A DNA stretch of 64,000 nt. It comes from Macrostomum lignano (Eukaryota). Numbering within the stretch: position 1 is the first letter of the stretch; every line of letters starts with the position of its first letter. Location: contig NIVC01000385.1 in NCBI GenBank assembly GCA_002269645.1, positions 558,001-622,000 of the forward strand, in the 5' to 3' direction. Made by a program: the position numbers and the translations under genes. A model generated the notes under the pieces. That model searched no databases. It was not told the origin of the DNA and saw only the letters and a list, made by a program, of their open reading frames with translations. Shown here one piece after another: positions 59,899 through 64,000 of the stretch.

Positions 59899-62856
59899 TG
59901 GAATCCTGATTGAGATGGCGGCAATCCGTAGCAAAGCTGGTAGATGACGCAGTTTCCAAAATCTGGCGAACATTCAGCAGCAGGCGGCTCAGCCACGGAT
60001 CCAGCGGGTCGGCCTGCTCCAGCCGCCGGGTCAGGAAGCTGAGCAGGCAGCTGGGAGATGGGAAGTCGCCAAGCAGCTCGGCAAATTCCTGCCTGGCCGA
60101 ATCGAGGCAGCGCCTCAGCCTGAGCAGCTCGAGTTCGCTGTGCCGGATTTGCTGGAGAAATAGAACAGTAGAATAGAACAATAAGATAGAACAATAGGAT
60201 AGAACAATAGGATAGAACAATAGGATAGAACAATAGGATAGAACAATAGGATAGAACAATAGGATAGAACAATAGGGTAGAACAACAGGATAGAACAATA
60301 GGATAGAACAACAGGATAGAACAATAGGATAGAACAACAGGATAGAACAACAGGATAGAACAATAGGATAGAGCAACAGGATATAAGAATTTTCAGGAGA
60401 GAACGGTAGAATAAAAAATAGAATGGAACAACTGGAAGGCCCGGGATGGGCCAGGGAAGCCTCTGTGTTCGCTTTGCTCAAGCAGAATCCATAATTGTAT
60501 AATTTACACAAAACAGACAGACCGAGTTACAGAGCAGCCTCTCACATAATTTGGTATATAACTCCCATTTTCTGCGGCCGATTTTGATAATTATTCAAAG
60601 CATTCAAGGCGGCAGTTTTTTCTATTAGTACTCGGTGAACTTTGGAAAAGAGACAATTTCCCAATTTTCGATAATTAACCTCGAAAAGTTGCAGAAAGTT
60701 TTTTGACACTTCCAAAACTCCCAGGAAACCGAGAGGCTTCCCTAGATTTTTTGAGACCGAAATGCTGCTAGCAGTGAAAGGCGGTGGTTAAGAGACTTTG
60801 AGCCAAGTCAGTCAGTCTATAAACAGCTTAGGTAAACAGACTGATAAGGAAGCCCTGTGTAAGTGCTTGTTATCTGTCCACAGCCCCCAGTGCAGAAGTG
60901 TATCAATCTAGGCATCTACTTGACCAAAAGTGGACGCTAGTTAATTACTAATCTGCATCAGATTAAATTGCAAGCCACAAACTTTAAAATTGAATAACAA
61001 AGTAAATATGCTTTTTTTACAGTAGCTAATTTTTGCTGTGCTTAGCTGATGAAACCGGTGTCTGGAACAGGTGAAGCCTGTGTGTATAGAACAGGTGAAG
61101 TTCGTGTCTAGAACAGGTGAAGTTCGTGTCTAAAACAGGTGAAGTTCGTGTCTAGAACAGGTAAAGCCCGTGTCTATAACAGGTAAAGCCCGTGTCTATA
61201 ACAGGTAAAGCCCGTATCTATAACCAGTAAAGCCCGTATCTATAACCGGTAAAGCCCGTGTCTATAACAGGTAAACCCCGTATATAGAACAGGTAAAGCC
61301 CATGTCTATAACAGGCAAAGCCCGTGTCTATAACAGGTAAAGCCCGTGTCTATGACTGCTAAAGCACGTATCTATAACCGGTAAAGCCCTTGTCTATAAC
61401 AGGTAAACCCCGTGTCTGTAACAGGTAAACCCCGTATCTATAACAGGTAAAGTCCGTGTCTATAGCAGGTAAAACCTGTATCTAGAACAGGTAAAGCCCG
61501 TGTCTATAACAGGTAAACCCCGTATATAGAACAGGTAAAGCCCATGTCTATAACAGGCAAAGCCCGTGTCTATAACCGGTAAAGCCCGTGTCTATGACAG
61601 CTAAAGCACGTATCTATAACCGGTAAAGCCCTTGTCTATGACAGCTAAAGCACGTATCTATAACCGGTAAAGCCCTTGTCTATAACAGGTAAACCCCGTG
61701 TCTGTAACAGGTAAACCCCGTATCTATAACAGGTAAAGTCCGTGTCTATAGCAGGTAAGGCTCGTGTCTATAACAGGTAAACCCCGTGTCTATAACAGGT
61801 AAAGCCCGTGTCTATAACAGCTAAAGCACGTATCTATAACCGGTAAACCCCGTGTCTATGACAGGTAAAACCTGTATCCAGAACAGGTAAAGCCCGTGTC
61901 TATGACAGGTAAAACCTGTGTCTAGAACAGGTAAAGCATGTGTATAGAACAGGTGAAGTTTGTGTCGTGTCTGGAAGAGGTAAAGACCTGTCTAGAACAG
62001 GTAAAGCCTCTGACAAGAACATGTGAAATTTGTGTCTCGAGCAGGTAAAGCCCGTGTCTATAACAGGTAAAAGCTGTGTCGAGAACAGGTAAAGCCCGTG
62101 TCTATAACAGGTAAATCCCGTGTCTAGAACAGGTAAAGTTCACGCCTGTAACAGACAAAGCCGGTGTACAAATAATTACCGGATTAGTCTGGGAGGTGGA
62201 TCCTACAACCAACAAGTCACTAACCTCAGTCAGCTGGGAGAACTCCAGCCGTCGCTTCGCCCGGCACCTCCTCGCCGCCAGCCGGTTGCCCGCCCGCCGT
62301 CTCTCCTGCATTTGCAGCGTCTCCTCGCTTAACTGCATGTGGAAAACATGGATTTGGGACAAAACGCTATCCTGGCTACTAATAGCGGTGTAATAAGCAT
62401 TTTTGATTCCAAATTTACGCTGCCAGTGAATAAATGCGTCATAGCACGCCGAGACGGTAGAGTTTGGCGGATTCTCCAATGCACTAATAAGTCCCGTCTG
62501 CCTGTCTGCCTGTCTGTAACTCCGGTGCAGCCCCGTGTGCGCCTTTTGAACACAAATGTCAGCTGATTAGCCTGGGGGCAGCGCACCTATACCTATATTG
62601 GTCTTCCAGACGGATGCTCATTCATTAATGCCCCCCCCGCCATGACTCACAGGCGATTCAACATTTCTCTCGGTGTCCTCAACAGCCGAGGCGGACAGCG
62701 AGCGGCCCTGCCGAAGCAGCTTGAGCTGAATCTGGCAGCTCAGCTCCTCGCGCACCAGCCAGCTGAGCAGCCGACCCTCTTCGGGCGCCTCGCTTGGCCG
62801 CTGGCTCGGCCCGGCCTGGCCGCTGCCACCGCTGCCGCTGCCGCTAGCCAGCTTTG
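59876..62856 (-). CDS. ATF3/Fos-like bZIP transcription factor (gene 2, 5' end not found)
   Basis: Exons 62651-62851/62856 (..LVREELSCQIQLKL..), 62225-62332 (LSEETLQMQERRRAGNRLAARRCRAKRR), 59876-60151 (degenerate zipper). Same intron positions and same 108-bp basic exon as gene 1. Confidence 0.78.
60160..60380. repeat. 13-bp minisatellite (GATAGAACAATAG)n
   Basis: Direct observation; abuts the acceptor of the last exon of gene 2. Confidence 0.92.
61060..62150. repeat. 22-bp minisatellite (TATAACAGGTAAAGCCCGTGTC)n
   Basis: Direct observation. Confidence 0.93.
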
Positions 62857-63084
62857 CTGAGCGTCACGTGATTTCCGGTTTTTGGCCGGGTCGCTGCGCC
62901 AAGCCAATTTTAGCAGTAATTAGTCAGCATGTACATGAATAATAATGGGAACACGATATAAATAGCTAAAATCTTAATCTCAGTCCGATCTGGTGTAAGA
63001 AAACGGCCGTAGGTCACGTGATAGAGTGAAAGACAGTGCGGAGAACGAGACAATAGGATAGAAGAATGAGACAGTCATGTGATA

Positions 63085-63960
63085 TAGTTAGAGACAGGAT
63101 GAGAGAGACAGGGTGAGAGAGAGAGACAGGGTGAGAGAGAGACGGCGAGAGAGAGACAGGGTGAGAGAGAGAGACGGCGAGAGTGAGACAGGGTGAGAGA
63201 GAGAGGGGGTGAGAGAGAGACAGGATGAGCGAGACAGGATGAGAGAGACAGGATGAGAGAGACTGGGTGAGTGAGAGAGACAGGATGAGAGAGACTGGGT
63301 GAGAGAGAGACAGGATGAGAGAGACTGGGTGAGAGAGAGACAGGATGAGAGAGAGACAGGGTGAGAGAGAGACATGATAACAGAGGTAGGGTGAGAGAGA
63401 GACAGGGTGAGAGAGAGACAGGATGAGAGAGAGACAGGATGAGAGAGAGAGACAGGGTGAGAGAGAGACAGGATGAGAGAGAGAGACAGGGTGAGAGAGA
63501 GAGACAGGGTGAGAGAGAGAGACAGGGTGAGAGAGAGACAGGATGAGAGAGAGACAAGGTGAGAGAGAGACAGGGTGAGAGAGAGACAGGATGAGAGAGA
63601 GACAAGGTGAGAGAGAGACAGGGTGAGAGAGAGACAAGGTGAAAGAGAGACAAGGTGGGAGAGAGACAGGGTGAGAGAGAGACAAGGTGAAAGAGAGACA
63701 AGGTGAGAGAGAGACAGGGTGAGAGAGAGACAGGGTGAGAGAGAGACAAGGTGAAAGAGAGACAAGGTGAGAGAGAGACAGGGTGAGAGAGAGACAAGGT
63801 GAGAGAGAGACAAGGTGAGAGAGAGACAGGGTGAGAGAGAGACAGGGTGAGAGAGAGACAGGGTGAGAGAGAGACAAGGTGAGAGAGAGACAGAATGAGA
63901 GAGAGACAGGGTGAGAGAGAGAGAGAGACAGGGTGAGGCAGGAGAGAGGGTGAGAGTGAG
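63085..63960. repeat. GA-rich repeat (GAGAGAGACAGGGTGA-like)
   Basis: Direct observation. Confidence 0.93.
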
Positions 63961-64000
63961 AGGGAGTTAATACAAGAGCAGGGCGAAGGCAAAATGAGAC

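Noticed and set aside
61046-61076. Hammerhead ribozyme (CTGATGA...GGTGAAG)
   Set aside because: GAAG instead of GAAA, a weak stem II, and no stems I or III.

Overview
Animal (eukaryotic) genomic DNA with GC-rich exons and introns packed with tandem repeats. This style resembles repeat-rich free-living flatworms such as Macrostomum, but that is inference only. Contents: (1) a 17-exon beta-spectrin gene (+, 5705-29918, about 2393 aa from my exon sum); almost every intron carries its own minisatellite, and tRNA-derived SINEs lie in inverted orientation around exons 10-13. (2) An internally deleted hAT element with an apparent 5-bp TSD (2815-4369). (3) A ~13.6-kb foldback structure (31738-45362) with 4.5-kb and 2.7-kb near-identical inverted arms, CAC...GTG ends and TATATA on both flanks; its core holds a deleted piggyBac, a small foldback MITE and gene-like relics. 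(4) A head-to-tail dimer of non-autonomous Helitrons (47121-53051) with GA-rich cargo. (5) Two paralogous ATF3/Fos-like bZIP genes on the minus strand (53793-56848 and 59876-62856, the latter 5'-incomplete). Most long ORFs in the supplied track are artefacts of stop-free tandem repeats. All alignments and counts were done by eye; no database searches were run.
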